64,000 nt of DNA, taken from positions 11,611 through 75,610 of the forward strand of contig JAOZHO010000017.1 in assembly GCA_026014875.1 (NCBI GenBank), written 5' to 3'. The notes beneath the pieces were generated by a model, which saw only the letters and a list, made by a program, of their open reading frames with translations, was not told the origin of the DNA and did no database searches. A program made the position numbers and the translations under genes. Positions 7,747 through 17,100 of the stretch are shown in pieces. The stretch is from Candidatus Bathyarchaeota archaeon. Lineage in GTDB: Archaea > Thermoproteota > Bathyarchaeia > TCS64. How positions within the stretch are numbered: position 1 is the stretch's first letter; the number at the start of each line of letters is the position of its first letter.

Positions 7747-9669
7747 GTGCGTCGATCCATGACACCTGAAATCGAAGTCGTATTCCAACCCCACGGGAAG
7801 CGCGCCAAGTTTTCCCAGGGCGTCACCGTGATGGAGGCGGCGCAGGCCCTCGGCGTGGACATCTCCGCCCTCTGCGGGGGGAAAGGGAAATGCGGGAAGT
7901 GCAAGGTCAGAGTCTTGGGCGGTGTCGGGACGGATTCCAAACCCACAGATAAAGAGCTGAAGCACCTCTCCGAGGATGAGATCCGGGACGGATTCAGGCT
8001 CGCGTGCACCACTCGCCTGGGGGCCTCCACGGTCATCCACGTGCCCCTGAGGAGCAGGATAGGCAGGCAGAGGCTGCAGACGGGGGGCCTCGAAGTCCCC
8101 GTGAAGCTGGACCCCCTCGTGAAAAAGTATCGCGTGACCATGCCCCCGCCCCATCTCAGAGACTCCAGGGCGGACGAGGACAGGCTCCTCGCCTCGTTGA
8201 CCGAGGAACATGGCCTCCCGGAGCTAGGGATCGACTTCGACATCTACCGGGTCCTCCCCAGGGTCGTCCGGGAGGCCAAGTGGGACGCGACCGCCGTCGT
8301 CTGGAAGGACAGGATCATCGCCCTGGAGCCCGGGGACACATCTGACAGGTGCTTCGGGCTCGCCGTTGACGTGGGGACCACCAAGCTCGCCGGCTTCCTC
8401 ATCGACCTCAAGAGGGGGGAGGTCGTCGCCGTGGCTGCGAGGATGAACCCTCAGATCCCCTTCGGGGAGGACGTCATGTCCCGGGTCTCCCATGTCATGA
8501 GCGGGGGATGGGATGCCCTCGAGAAGCTCCAGGACGCCGTCGTCTCGGGGGTCAACGAGATCGTCGTGGAATGCTGCGGGAAAGCCGATGCGAGACCCGA
8601 GGAGATCTACGAGCTCAACTTCGTGGGGAACACGGTGATGCAGCTCCTCCTCCTCGGAGTCTGGCCGAGACACGTCGTTTCCTCCCCCTTCACTCCAGCT
8701 ATAAGGAGGGGGGTCGACGTCAAAGCCGCTACTTTGGGTTTAAGGGTTAATCTAGGTGCCAACGCCCACCACCTGCCGGTGATAGGGGGATTCGTGGGGG
8801 CGGACAACGTCGCGATGGTGCTTGCGTCGGGGATTCTAGAGTCCGACGAGATGATCATAGCCATCGACGTGGGCACCAACACCGAGATCGACCTGGGGAA
8901 CAGGGAGCTTGTCATGGTGGCCTCGTGCGCGTCGGGTCCGGCCTTCGAGGGGATGCACATAAAGTTCGGGATGAGGGCCACCACAGGGGCCATAGAGAAG
9001 GTCGGCATCGACCCCGAGACCTTCGACGTATACTATCGGACCATCGGGGACGCACCTCCCATCGGGATCTGCGGCTCCGGCATAGTGGACGCCCCGGCGG
9101 AGTTCCTCAAGGCGGGCCTCATCATGCCCCGGGGGAACTTCGTCACCGGAATGACTGAGCGGACGGACCGGTTGAGGAAGGGTCCGGACGGCTGGGAATT
9201 CGTGATAGCGTGGGGGAAGGAGACGGATATCGGCACGGACATCGTCGTCACCCTCAAGGACATCAGGGAGCTCCAGAAGGCCAAGGCAGCCATCCACACC
9301 GGCGCAGACCTCCTGATGCAGAGGATGGGAATACGCGAGGCCGAGATCAGCAAGCTCGTGGTCGCTGGGGCCTTCGGCAACTACATCGACCCCGAGAACG
9401 CCCGCATCATAGGGATGTACCCTGAGATTCCCTTGGAACGCATCGAGTTCGCCGGCAACCTCGCAGGAACGGGCGCCAGAATGACACTAATGAGCAGGGA
9501 GATGAGGGAGCACGCCGAGATGATCAGCTCCAGGGTCAGGTACCACGAGCTCGCGGCGGACCCGGGCTTCCAGAAGGAATACATCGACTCCCTGAACTTC
9601 CCCCACTCCGACCTATCGAAATACCCAGAGACCGTGGAGCTACTCCGGAGATACGGTCAGAAGATCTGA
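7747..9669 (+). CDS. RACo-like protein (DUF4445): N-terminal plant-type 2Fe-2S ferredoxin plus ASKHA ATPase domain, putative reductive activator of corrinoid proteins
   Basis: N-terminal CGGKGKCGKCKV ... C is a 2Fe-2S ferredoxin. The central AVDVGTTKLAGFLIDL...NPQIPFGEDVMSRVS and the later AIDVGTNTE are ASKHA phosphate motifs. Length is 640 aa. Confidence 0.65.
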   Translation: MRRSMTPEIEVVFQPHGKRAKFSQGVTVMEAAQALGVDISALCGGKGKCGKCKVRVLGGVGTDSKPTDKELKHLSEDEIRDGFRLACTTRLGASTVIHVPLRSRIGRQRLQTGGLEVPVKLDPLVKKYRVTMPPPHLRDSRADEDRLLASLTEEHGLPELGIDFDIYRVLPRVVREAKWDATAVVWKDRIIALEPGDTSDRCFGLAVDVGTTKLAGFLIDLKRGEVVAVAARMNPQIPFGEDVMSRVSHVMSGGWDALEKLQDAVVSGVNEIVVECCGKADARPEEIYELNFVGNTVMQLLLLGVWPRHVVSSPFTPAIRRGVDVKAATLGLRVNLGANAHHLPVIGGFVGADNVAMVLASGILESDEMIIAIDVGTNTEIDLGNRELVMVASCASGPAFEGMHIKFGMRATTGAIEKVGIDPETFDVYYRTIGDAPPIGICGSGIVDAPAEFLKAGLIMPRGNFVTGMTERTDRLRKGPDGWEFVIAWGKETDIGTDIVVTLKDIRELQKAKAAIHTGADLLMQRMGIREAEISKLVVAGAFGNYIDPENARIIGMYPEIPLERIEFAGNLAGTGARMTLMSREMREHAEMISSRVRYHELAADPGFQKEYIDSLNFPHSDLSKYPETVELLRRYGQKI

Positions 9670-9724
9670 GTCTAGGCAGCCTCGGCTTTTGCTCCTTAGC
9701 CCGGCGCGCGTATATCCGATGTCT

Positions 9725-10699
9725 CTATACTTTTCCCTCTGGTATCGTCACGGAGAATCGGCATCGGGGGTCTCCTGCGAGGACGCTTTCCAGGAGTTCC
9801 ACCTCCAGCTCCTCCCCGAAGACGGTCTCGAAGGGGAGCTTCCCGTAGCCTCCGCTGCAGTAGCACCACTCGGGGGAGACTTCGGGCTCCCCGGTGATTA
9901 TGGAGGACCTCGCGAGGGGGCAGTGGCATGCGTGGTAGCGTTTCATCAAGGGGTCGTCCTCTCCGAGGTAGGCGTCGGGGTCGTAGGGGATCTTGGTGAA
10001 GTATATCCTGTCCCCGCGGCGGACGCCTCCCAGCATCTCCTGGTTCCCCCTGACGAACTCCACCACCCTCGGGGTGATCTCCTGCTCGTACCAGACCTTC
10101 CCCTCGGCGAGGTGCTCCTCCAGCACGGCGACGGCCCTCTCATGCCTCCCCTTGAGGAACTCGTCGACGCTCCCCGACTCCTCGTAGAGCTTCCTGAGGC
10201 CGTCGAAGGCCTCCAACGGTATCCTGTGATGGTTCCCGGCGAGGACCCTCCGGTACACCTCTGGCGGAAGCTCCTCCATGAGCCGCTCCATTAGGCGCTG
10301 GGTCACGTAGGGGACATCCTCCGGGGGGGACCCGAGGGGGGGCATCTCGACGCCGTCGAAGACCCTCTTCATCGTCTCCTCGTCGACCAGGGATTCGAGC
10401 CTCGCCGAGATCGAGGGCAGGACGGTTCTCCCCCCCAGGACGGCGGTGAAATAGATGTAGAGGTCGTTCCTGTCGGTGGCGTAGAAGTAGCGGGACAGGG
10501 CCACTAGGCGGTCCAGGGAGTTCTCCCTCCGGGACACGAGGCGTGCCAGGTAGCCCCTGAGGTCGTCGAGGGTGGCTGATTCGACGGTTTTGTCCCCCAG
10601 CTCTCCTTCGAAATCCCGTACCGCCTCGACGGCCTTCTCGATCTGTGCTTCGTCCTGCTCTCTATTCCGCAGGTATTCCCTGAACTCCTTCTCCCTCAT
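9725..10699 (-). CDS. hypothetical protein with C-terminal Cys/His cluster (HACHCP...CYCSGG...C)
   Basis: 324-aa ORF with good coding potential and no recognised family. Confidence 0.45.
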   Translation of the reverse strand: MREKEFREYLRNREQDEAQIEKAVEAVRDFEGELGDKTVESATLDDLRGYLARLVSRRENSLDRLVALSRYFYATDRNDLYIYFTAVLGGRTVLPSISARLESLVDEETMKRVFDGVEMPPLGSPPEDVPYVTQRLMERLMEELPPEVYRRVLAGNHHRIPLEAFDGLRKLYEESGSVDEFLKGRHERAVAVLEEHLAEGKVWYEQEITPRVVEFVRGNQEMLGGVRRGDRIYFTKIPYDPDAYLGEDDPLMKRYHACHCPLARSSIITGEPEVSPEWCYCSGGYGKLPFETVFGEELEVELLESVLAGDPRCRFSVTIPEGKV

Positions 10700-10756
10700 T
10701 TCTCGGGCCCCTGTCCAGATGGATCATCGGATGGGCGAGGACGGCTATATAATGTT

Positions 10757-10845
10757 GTTCAAATCGTTGTTGCCGTCCAAGCATCGTTTATGGCGAAGCG
10801 GGGGCCTCTGAAGCATCTTTAAGGCTTGTTGCGCTCACGTGGCTG
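10757..10845. repeat. 89-bp direct repeat copy A (about 82% identical to 12204..12292), 58 bp upstream of minus-strand gene start at 10699
   Basis: Manual alignment shows about 16 mismatches in 89 bp versus copy B. A TATATAAT element lies between the repeat and the gene start. Confidence 0.6.
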
Positions 10846-10901
10846 CTCTTACGGCATCATCGCCGCGCGTGCTTCTGGGTAAAGGCGAACACGATGCATT
10901 G

Positions 10902-12143
10902 CTATAATTTGCGGAGTTTGGGCACAATTAAAACCAGTATAACGAAGATGATTACCATAATTGCTCCATAGATACTCTGGGCAAGCGGCGCTCCAAGTGT
11001 TTCAGCTATGGCTCCCAGTGCCACGCTCCCCAGTACGCCAAATCCGATGCTTAGCTGCCATATGCCCATGGCACGGCCCCGCTGCTCTTCGGTAACGTTG
11101 AGTTGGAACAGGATGTGTTGCATGGCGTCGTGTCCCGCCGCTGTTATTCCAACTATGCCTATGAAGAATAGTGAGAGAGGATACGATGATGAGTTGGCGA
11201 ACAGAATCAGTGAAACACCGAATGCGAGGAAGAGGCCGAGTTGTATCCGTCCCTTGTACTCGTAGTCTCCGAGAGAGGCAAGAGTCAGTCCCGCTATTAG
11301 GCCGCCTACCGAGCGTACGGTGCTGAACATGCCGAGGCCGACGGCGCCTACGCCCAGGATGTCCCGGGCAAAGACGGGTAGGAGTGCTGAATAGGAGAAG
11401 CCGAACATCTCACAGGTGGCTGCCATCACCATCAAGGCGAGGATGACCCTGTTGTTCAGGACGATCTGTATTCCCTCAACAAGGTCGCTCCAGAGCGATT
11501 GCGTTTTAGTGATCGCTCTTTCTTCAATCCCCCGGATGTAAGCTGTTATTCCAATTGCCAGGATGTTAGCCGCGGTTATCACGAAGAAAGGCCACTCCAT
11601 ACCAAACAAATGGATTATAATTCCGGCGACGGCACCACCGATGATGCCGATGCCTCGCAATCCAACCGCGTTAAGAGAGATACCGCTCATGGCGCCCTCA
11701 CGGCCGACGATATCCACAATGAAAGCCTGGCGTGCGGGGCCTTCGAAGGCACGGATGGAACCCCAGACAAATGTGATCAGGAGGACATGCCAAAGTTGAA
11801 TCCAGCCTCGCAGGACCAGGTAACCCAATAGAAAACCACAGGCGGAATACAAGGCCAAGGCTACTATCTGTAACTTTTTCCGATCAACCCTGTCGGCTAC
11901 AGCTCCTGCCAACATTCCCAAGATTAGATTTGGTGCCGAGCGTGTTGCCCACACTAGGCCCAGGGATAAGGGGGAATCAGTTAGTTCCAAGACCAACCAT
12001 CCTGAAGACACCATCATCATGATGTTTCCAAGGGACACAGTAATCGTAGTCAAAAAAAAGAGACCAAAATTCCGAGACTTGAAAGGTTGAAAAATCCGTA
12101 TATTGGCGATGCCAGAAAATAGATCAGTCACTTTATTTGCCAC
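10902..12143 (-). CDS. MFS transporter
   Basis: 413 aa with 12 predicted hydrophobic segments and a MFS-like loop 2-3 motif (G..ADRVDRKK). Confidence 0.85.
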   Translation of the reverse strand: MANKVTDLFSGIANIRIFQPFKSRNFGLFFLTTITVSLGNIMMMVSSGWLVLELTDSPLSLGLVWATRSAPNLILGMLAGAVADRVDRKKLQIVALALYSACGFLLGYLVLRGWIQLWHVLLITFVWGSIRAFEGPARQAFIVDIVGREGAMSGISLNAVGLRGIGIIGGAVAGIIIHLFGMEWPFFVITAANILAIGITAYIRGIEERAITKTQSLWSDLVEGIQIVLNNRVILALMVMAATCEMFGFSYSALLPVFARDILGVGAVGLGMFSTVRSVGGLIAGLTLASLGDYEYKGRIQLGLFLAFGVSLILFANSSSYPLSLFFIGIVGITAAGHDAMQHILFQLNVTEEQRGRAMGIWQLSIGFGVLGSVALGAIAETLGAPLAQSIYGAIMVIIFVILVLIVPKLRKL

Positions 12144-12203
12144 GGTTTATGCCTTTCTGTACTCCTACAGCGCCTATTTACATTTACCCCGCGCACGATT
12201 GTC

Positions 12204-12292
12204 GTTCAAAACGTTGTAACCGCCCAAGCATCGATAATGACGAGGCGGGAGCCTCCGAAGCATCTTTAAGGCCGACTGCGCTCACATGGCTG
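12204..12292. repeat. 89-bp direct repeat copy B, 61 bp upstream of MFS gene start (12143) and ending 4 nt before the + strand gene at 12297
   Basis: See copy A. Same orientation, and a GTAAATGTAAATAGG TATA-like element lies between the repeat and the MFS start. Confidence 0.6.
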
Positions 12293-12296
12293 GACC

Positions 12297-12506
12297 ATGA
12301 AGGGCGACGGGAGAGCCAGGAGCAACATCAGTATAGGCGCCGAGGTCGATATAGTCCTCAAGAAGGACCAGAGGACCGGCAGGCTCACCCGGGGAAAGGT
12401 TAAGGACATACTCACGAGGTCAGCGAACCACCCCCACGGCATCAAGGTCCGGCTGACCGACGGGAAGGTCGGGCGGGTCAAAGAAGTAGTTTCTCAACCA
12501 GAGTGA
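12297..12506 (+). CDS. YwbE-like small protein (DUF2196)
   Basis: 69 aa. The run EVDIVLKKDQRTGRLTRGKVKDILTRSANHPHGIKVRLTDGKVGRV closely resembles Bacillus YwbE. Confidence 0.5.
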   Translation: MKGDGRARSNISIGAEVDIVLKKDQRTGRLTRGKVKDILTRSANHPHGIKVRLTDGKVGRVKEVVSQPE

Positions 12507-12558
12507 ATCGGAACTCTTAGTGTTCTCTTCGAGGATATACTGTCTAAATAAATGTAGT

Positions 12559-13026
12559 TCAAGCTGCCTCGGCGACGTCGACGACCCTGAAAGCCACGAC
12601 CTTCCCCAGGTCTCGGGTCCTGATCTCCAGTCCGTACATGTGATTCCCCGACCCGAAGTTGATCCTCTCCGTCTCCATCACCCTGCGGTCCACGAGGAGG
12701 CCCATATTCAGTGTGACGGGGCATACCGCCCCGGGATCCACTCCCACCGCCTCCCTGACCTCCGCGAAGCTCGCGATGCTCACCTTCTCACCGATGGCCT
12801 CCCCGGCTTTCCCGTAGTCCACCCTGTCGCCCCCCAGGAGGAGGACTGCGTATCTCCCCCCTTCCCTGTCCTTGAGGATCATCGTCTTGCAGATCTCGTC
12901 GACGTTGATCTCCTCCTTGGAGAAACGGATCACGTCCTCTATGGAGAGGGCTCTCTCCTCGAGCTCGATGAGCCTGTACTCGACGCCCATGCCGTCCAGG
13001 ACCTCGGCGGATCTCAGCTTCGCCAT
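12559..13026 (-). CDS. YbaK/ProX-type aminoacyl-tRNA deacylase domain protein
   Basis: 155 aa with YbaK/EbsC fold signatures (TMILKDREGGRYAVLLLGGDRVDYGK...). Confidence 0.75.
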   Translation of the reverse strand: MAKLRSAEVLDGMGVEYRLIELEERALSIEDVIRFSKEEINVDEICKTMILKDREGGRYAVLLLGGDRVDYGKAGEAIGEKVSIASFAEVREAVGVDPGAVCPVTLNMGLLVDRRVMETERINFGSGNHMYGLEIRTRDLGKVVAFRVVDVAEAA

Positions 13027-13110
13027 AACGTTTCCCTTTATGGGTTAGTTTGTTAGTTCTTTGATCGGCTATTTGAAATAAATCTTGGGAAAGAGGTGAT
13101 TCGATATAAA

Positions 13111-14559
13111 ATGTCAAACGACCTGAAAGAGAGAGCAGTTGCATGGGTCGAGGAGAACAGCGAGCTCATCGTCGACGCCCACATGAAGTACTGGGAGTGG
13201 GCCGAGGTGGGGCTCCAGGAGATCAAGACCGGGATGCACATGGCCGACGTCCTCGAGGAGCACGGCTTCACCGTGGAGAGGGGCGTCGCCGGGATGCCCA
13301 GCGCCTTCGTCGCGACCTACGGCTCCGGGAAGCCCGTCATCGGGTTGATGGGGGAGCTCGACGCCCTCCCCAGCATATCCAACAAAGCCGTCCCCTACAG
13401 GGACCCCCTGGTCGAGGGGGGGCCGGGCCACGGATGCGGCCACAACAGCTACGCCGCGACGGCTCTGGGGGCGAGCCTCGCGTTGAAGGCGGTGATGGAG
13501 GAGGAGAACATCCCCGGCACCATCAAGTGCTTCGGCTGCCCCGCCGAGGAGACCCTGGTGGGGAAGGTCTTCATGGTCCGGGACGGCTTCTTCGACGGCC
13601 TCGACGCCTGCCTCGGCCACCACCCGGGGAGCATGAACACCTCGGGCCTCCGCAGCGGCAACGCGATGAACAGCGTCAAGTTCGAGTTCTTCGGCAAGGC
13701 GAGCCACGCCGCCGGGAGCCCCGAGCAGGGCATCAGCGCCATGGACGCGGTGGAGCTCATGAACGTCGGGGTCAACTACATGCGGGAGCACATCGTCCAG
13801 GAGGCCAGGGTCCACTACATCGTGGAGGAAGGTGGGGTCCAGCCCAACGTGGTGCCCCCCTACGCCCGGACATGGTACTACGTGAGGGCCCCCCGGCGGG
13901 ACCTCGTGGACAGGTACTACAAACGGCTCCTCAAGATGGCGGAGGGGGCCGACCTGATGGCGGAGACCACCCACAAGGTGGAGTTCCTCACGGGGGTCCA
14001 CAACGGGCTCCCCAACAGGCCCCTCGCGGAGCAGGTAGTCGCGAACATGAGGGAGATCGGAGCCCCCACCTACACCGACGAGGAGCTGGAGTTCGCCGCT
14101 AAGCTCGGCGAGAGTGTCCCCCGCGAGGAGAAGATGGACAGACTCCAAAAGCTCTCCAGATTCATCCCCGAGGCCATGGAGCTGGAACACATCAACCTTG
14201 ACAGCAACATCTACGATCCCTTCGGGGAGGAGATCAAGGGGGGCGGGGGCTCAAGCGACGTCGCCGACGTCGCCTGGAACTGCCCCACACAGCAGTTCAG
14301 CACCGCCTACTTCATCGTCGGGGCCCCGGGCCACAGCTGGCAGCACACCGCCGTCGGGGGGATGAGCATCGGCCACAAGGCCACGATCTTCGCGACGAAG
14401 GTGATGGCGGCCACTGTCGTCGATCTCCTCACCGGCCCGGAGCTCGTCAAGAAGGTGCGGGAGGACTGGGAGGAACGGATGAAGGGGCTCACATACAAGT
14501 CGCCGCTGCCCCCAGACCTGAAGCCACCCCTGGACCAGCTCGAGAAGCAACCCGAGTGA
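13111..14559 (+). CDS. M20D family amidohydrolase (AbgB/hippurate-hydrolase-like)
   Basis: GHGCGHNSYAA is a metal-binding motif. The gene shows M20 catalytic/dimerisation domain order and starts at ATG 13111 (MSNDLKER). Confidence 0.85.
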   Translation: MSNDLKERAVAWVEENSELIVDAHMKYWEWAEVGLQEIKTGMHMADVLEEHGFTVERGVAGMPSAFVATYGSGKPVIGLMGELDALPSISNKAVPYRDPLVEGGPGHGCGHNSYAATALGASLALKAVMEEENIPGTIKCFGCPAEETLVGKVFMVRDGFFDGLDACLGHHPGSMNTSGLRSGNAMNSVKFEFFGKASHAAGSPEQGISAMDAVELMNVGVNYMREHIVQEARVHYIVEEGGVQPNVVPPYARTWYYVRAPRRDLVDRYYKRLLKMAEGADLMAETTHKVEFLTGVHNGLPNRPLAEQVVANMREIGAPTYTDEELEFAAKLGESVPREEKMDRLQKLSRFIPEAMELEHINLDSNIYDPFGEEIKGGGGSSDVADVAWNCPTQQFSTAYFIVGAPGHSWQHTAVGGMSIGHKATIFATKVMAATVVDLLTGPELVKKVREDWEERMKGLTYKSPLPPDLKPPLDQLEKQPE

Positions 14560-14703
14560 TACCCTCACTCCCTTTTTTCTTTGAACTCGGTCAGCATGAG
14601 ATGTCAGAGTTTAGATTCGAGAAGACACAACTTGCGCCCGATTTGATTCGCCTGTTCTTGCAGACCGAAAAGGATATTTTTCCTCCTGTCTCTCCAACAG
14701 GGA

Positions 14704-15180
14704 ATGGTGAACGAAATGCCCGAGACCGTCATCGGCGTCTTGGAGAACGTCCAGACGAAGCCCCCGGGGAGCCTGACCGTGAAGAGCTGCGACCTGGTAT
14801 TCACCGACAGGAGGATGCTCTGCCTCAAGGTCGGGGGATCCAGCCTCGTCGCCGGCATGCTGGGATCGGCTGTTGGCGGAGCAGGCGGAGCCATAGCCTT
14901 CGGACGGGACAACCTCGCAGCCCAGGAGAGCTCGAGGAAGGCGATGGACGGCAGGGGCCTCGACGACATCCTCCGCACCGACGAGGAGAACTATGCGATC
15001 GAGCACTCCGTGGTGGAGAAGGGCTCCTTCAAGACGGGGTTCCTCTCATCCATGGGGTTGATGTCCCCCTTCACGATCCACGCGGGAGGCAGACGATATT
15101 TCTACAACGTCTACAACCGGAGCAAGGAGCAGGTCAAGGCGCTCATCCGAGCCACGATGCCCAACGTGAAGGTCTCCTAG
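14704..15180 (+). CDS. hypothetical protein (PH-like/YokE-like?)
   Basis: 158-aa ORF with a Gly-rich segment. No confident family. Confidence 0.4.
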   Translation: MVNEMPETVIGVLENVQTKPPGSLTVKSCDLVFTDRRMLCLKVGGSSLVAGMLGSAVGGAGGAIAFGRDNLAAQESSRKAMDGRGLDDILRTDEENYAIEHSVVEKGSFKTGFLSSMGLMSPFTIHAGGRRYFYNVYNRSKEQVKALIRATMPNVKVS

Positions 15181-15237
15181 GCTCCGCTCCCAAGTTCATC
15201 GATGAAAGAAAAAGGGATGCCGTAGGCTCTATGCTCT

Positions 15238-15567
15238 CTAGGGGAGCTTTGTTCCGCAGGACTTGCAGAATTTTTGTCCGGGTTCTGCCTCGACGCCGCA
15301 TCCGGGGCAGGTTCTGGCCGCCGGGGCCTCGCCAAGGTAGCCCTTGGATCTCCCCCTCCTGAATATATCCTCGACGAGGGCATCCGCCGAAGAGATGTCG
15401 AGCTCGTTCTCGTGGGGCGCACCGAAGGCGCTCATCGTCTCAGAGAGGATGCGCTGGCGCCCGGCGTCGGAGAGGGCTCCCTCCTCCACCAGGACGTCGA
15501 TGAGCATCGCGATCAGGTTCCGGTTCATGAACATGGCGTGGGGTATCGTGAGATTGGATTCTGCCAT
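15238..15567 (-). CDS. hypothetical protein with C-terminal zinc ribbon (CPGCG...CKSCG)
   Basis: 109 aa with a C-terminal CxxC-x10-CxxC. Confidence 0.45.
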   Translation of the reverse strand: MAESNLTIPHAMFMNRNLIAMLIDVLVEEGALSDAGRQRILSETMSAFGAPHENELDISSADALVEDIFRRGRSKGYLGEAPAARTCPGCGVEAEPGQKFCKSCGTKLP

Positions 15568-15678
15568 TCAAGTCACGATAGAGAAATCGCAGCACGTACT
15601 CTATAATCCTTCTCTTCCAGAGCGGCTGGGAAAAGGAAATAAGGAGATCCAGCTACATCATCCTGATGTGATCCGAGT

Positions 15679-16044
15679 ATGCATACTTCTGAGAGGATGC
15701 TGAAGATATTCACGGCCGTTAGGAACGCTATGCGAAACGAAGAGAATTATGTCATCATTGAGAACCCGGGGAGCGAGAAGATCATCCAGTTCGCAGTGGA
15801 CCCCTCTTCGAGAGAGCTAGTAATGGACATCCCCATCCACGGTTTGACCCAGAACGAGTTCGACGGCCTCATCAACGAGCTGTCAGGGGTCGCCAGGGAC
15901 ACCGCGACTAACGAGGCGATCTCCTTCCAGGAGAGCTATTCATACGAAAGGATCAACGATGCGGTCGCCCAGACGGAGAAAATTTTCAGGGAGGTGTACA
16001 GCCTCCCCCCGAACTTCGATGTCACCATCCAGGTTTTCAGCTGA
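15679..16044 (+). CDS. hypothetical protein (YbjN-like?)
   Basis: 121-aa ORF with weak resemblance to YbjN-type putative sensory/chaperone-like domains. Confidence 0.35.
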   Translation: MHTSERMLKIFTAVRNAMRNEENYVIIENPGSEKIIQFAVDPSSRELVMDIPIHGLTQNEFDGLINELSGVARDTATNEAISFQESYSYERINDAVAQTEKIFREVYSLPPNFDVTIQVFS

Positions 16045-16065
16045 GTGGGAAGGGCTTTTCCCCGG

Positions 16066-16743
16066 TTAGTCCCCGTGGCGTCTGCGGAGGGGCGGCGAGA
16101 GCCTGAGCATTATCAGGACCCGCTCGAAGATTTCCGCCCAATCGGAGAGCTCCTTCTCCCTAGCTTTGGGGCTCAGGATTCCTCCGTCGAACTCCCGTCC
16201 GATCTCCCTCGCGGCCTTGGCTCTGTAGACGCTGAGGGTGCGCTCCCCGAAACGGGCCATCTCCCAGAAGTCCTCGGAGAGGAAGACCAAGATGGGCACC
16301 CGGGTCGCCCCCACTATCCTGAGTTCTTCCATGAGCTCCGGGGAGGCATCCCGCTCGATGAATTTGATCTTCACTTTCTCTCCGCAGGCCTCGGCGAGCT
16401 TCTTCAGCAGGGGCCCCTGGCGGGCGCAGTCTCCGCACCAGATACCTGAGTAGACGAGGACGTTCAGCTCCCGGTCGTATCCCTGGAGGCGCTTCAGCTG
16501 CTCCTCGCTCAGTGCGGGGATCCTCTTCTCCGAGTCCCGCCATCTCTGGATGTGTTCCTGTTCGCTCCCCTCGATGTACGCCTCGTACTCGGAGGCCTTA
16601 TCGAAGTGGGCTCTCCAGAACTCGCTTCGTTTATCTTGATACCCCGGCGTATCACTCAAATTGACCACGCTCCAGTGATCTATCTCGCCCTCTTTATAAC
16701 CGTGCGTTTTAAGAGTGGGGGAGTTGGGTCCTCCCCTTCCCAC
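16066..16743 (-). CDS. thioredoxin-fold protein (TlpA/thioredoxin-like, WCGDC active site)
   Basis: SGIWCGDCARQGP is a CxxC redox motif in thioredoxin context. The protein has a long N-terminal extension. Confidence 0.75.
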   Translation of the reverse strand: MGRGGPNSPTLKTHGYKEGEIDHWSVVNLSDTPGYQDKRSEFWRAHFDKASEYEAYIEGSEQEHIQRWRDSEKRIPALSEEQLKRLQGYDRELNVLVYSGIWCGDCARQGPLLKKLAEACGEKVKIKFIERDASPELMEELRIVGATRVPILVFLSEDFWEMARFGERTLSVYRAKAAREIGREFDGGILSPKAREKELSDWAEIFERVLIMLRLSPPLRRRHGD

Positions 16744-17100
16744 AGAATAGGTTGGCCCTGGGATGCCACTCCGCGGCTAGCGCGGAGGTCCCTCAACGGA
16801 AGTGTGACCGGAATCCATTTCAGGAGACACTCCCAGGGGCCTGCACACTTTGACCCGGACGCCTCTTTAATATATTACGACACAAATGCACCAAAAATCG
16901 GTTCCGCTGTCAAATTTGGGACACGGGTTATTATGTTAACCCGCATGCGAAGTATCGAAACGGATGAACAAGTATCTGAGGCTCTCTTAAACAGGGAATT
17001 ATATTCAAAGCTCAAAGCCTCGTCAAATAGGCTGACTGATCGACCCATCGCATTACTATATTGTGTGAAAAAGAAACAGGGATGATTTTCCCGGCTTTCA

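Noticed and set aside
13143-14102. 319-aa Arg/Gly/Pro-rich ORF on + strand
   Set aside because: An alternate frame of the well-supported M20D amidohydrolase gene (13111-14559). R/G/P-rich translations are the usual off-frame artifact in GC-rich DNA.
16552-17085. 177-aa + strand ORF
   Set aside because: Runs antisense through the start of the thioredoxin-like gene and through an AT-rich intergenic gap, and has no coding-like composition.
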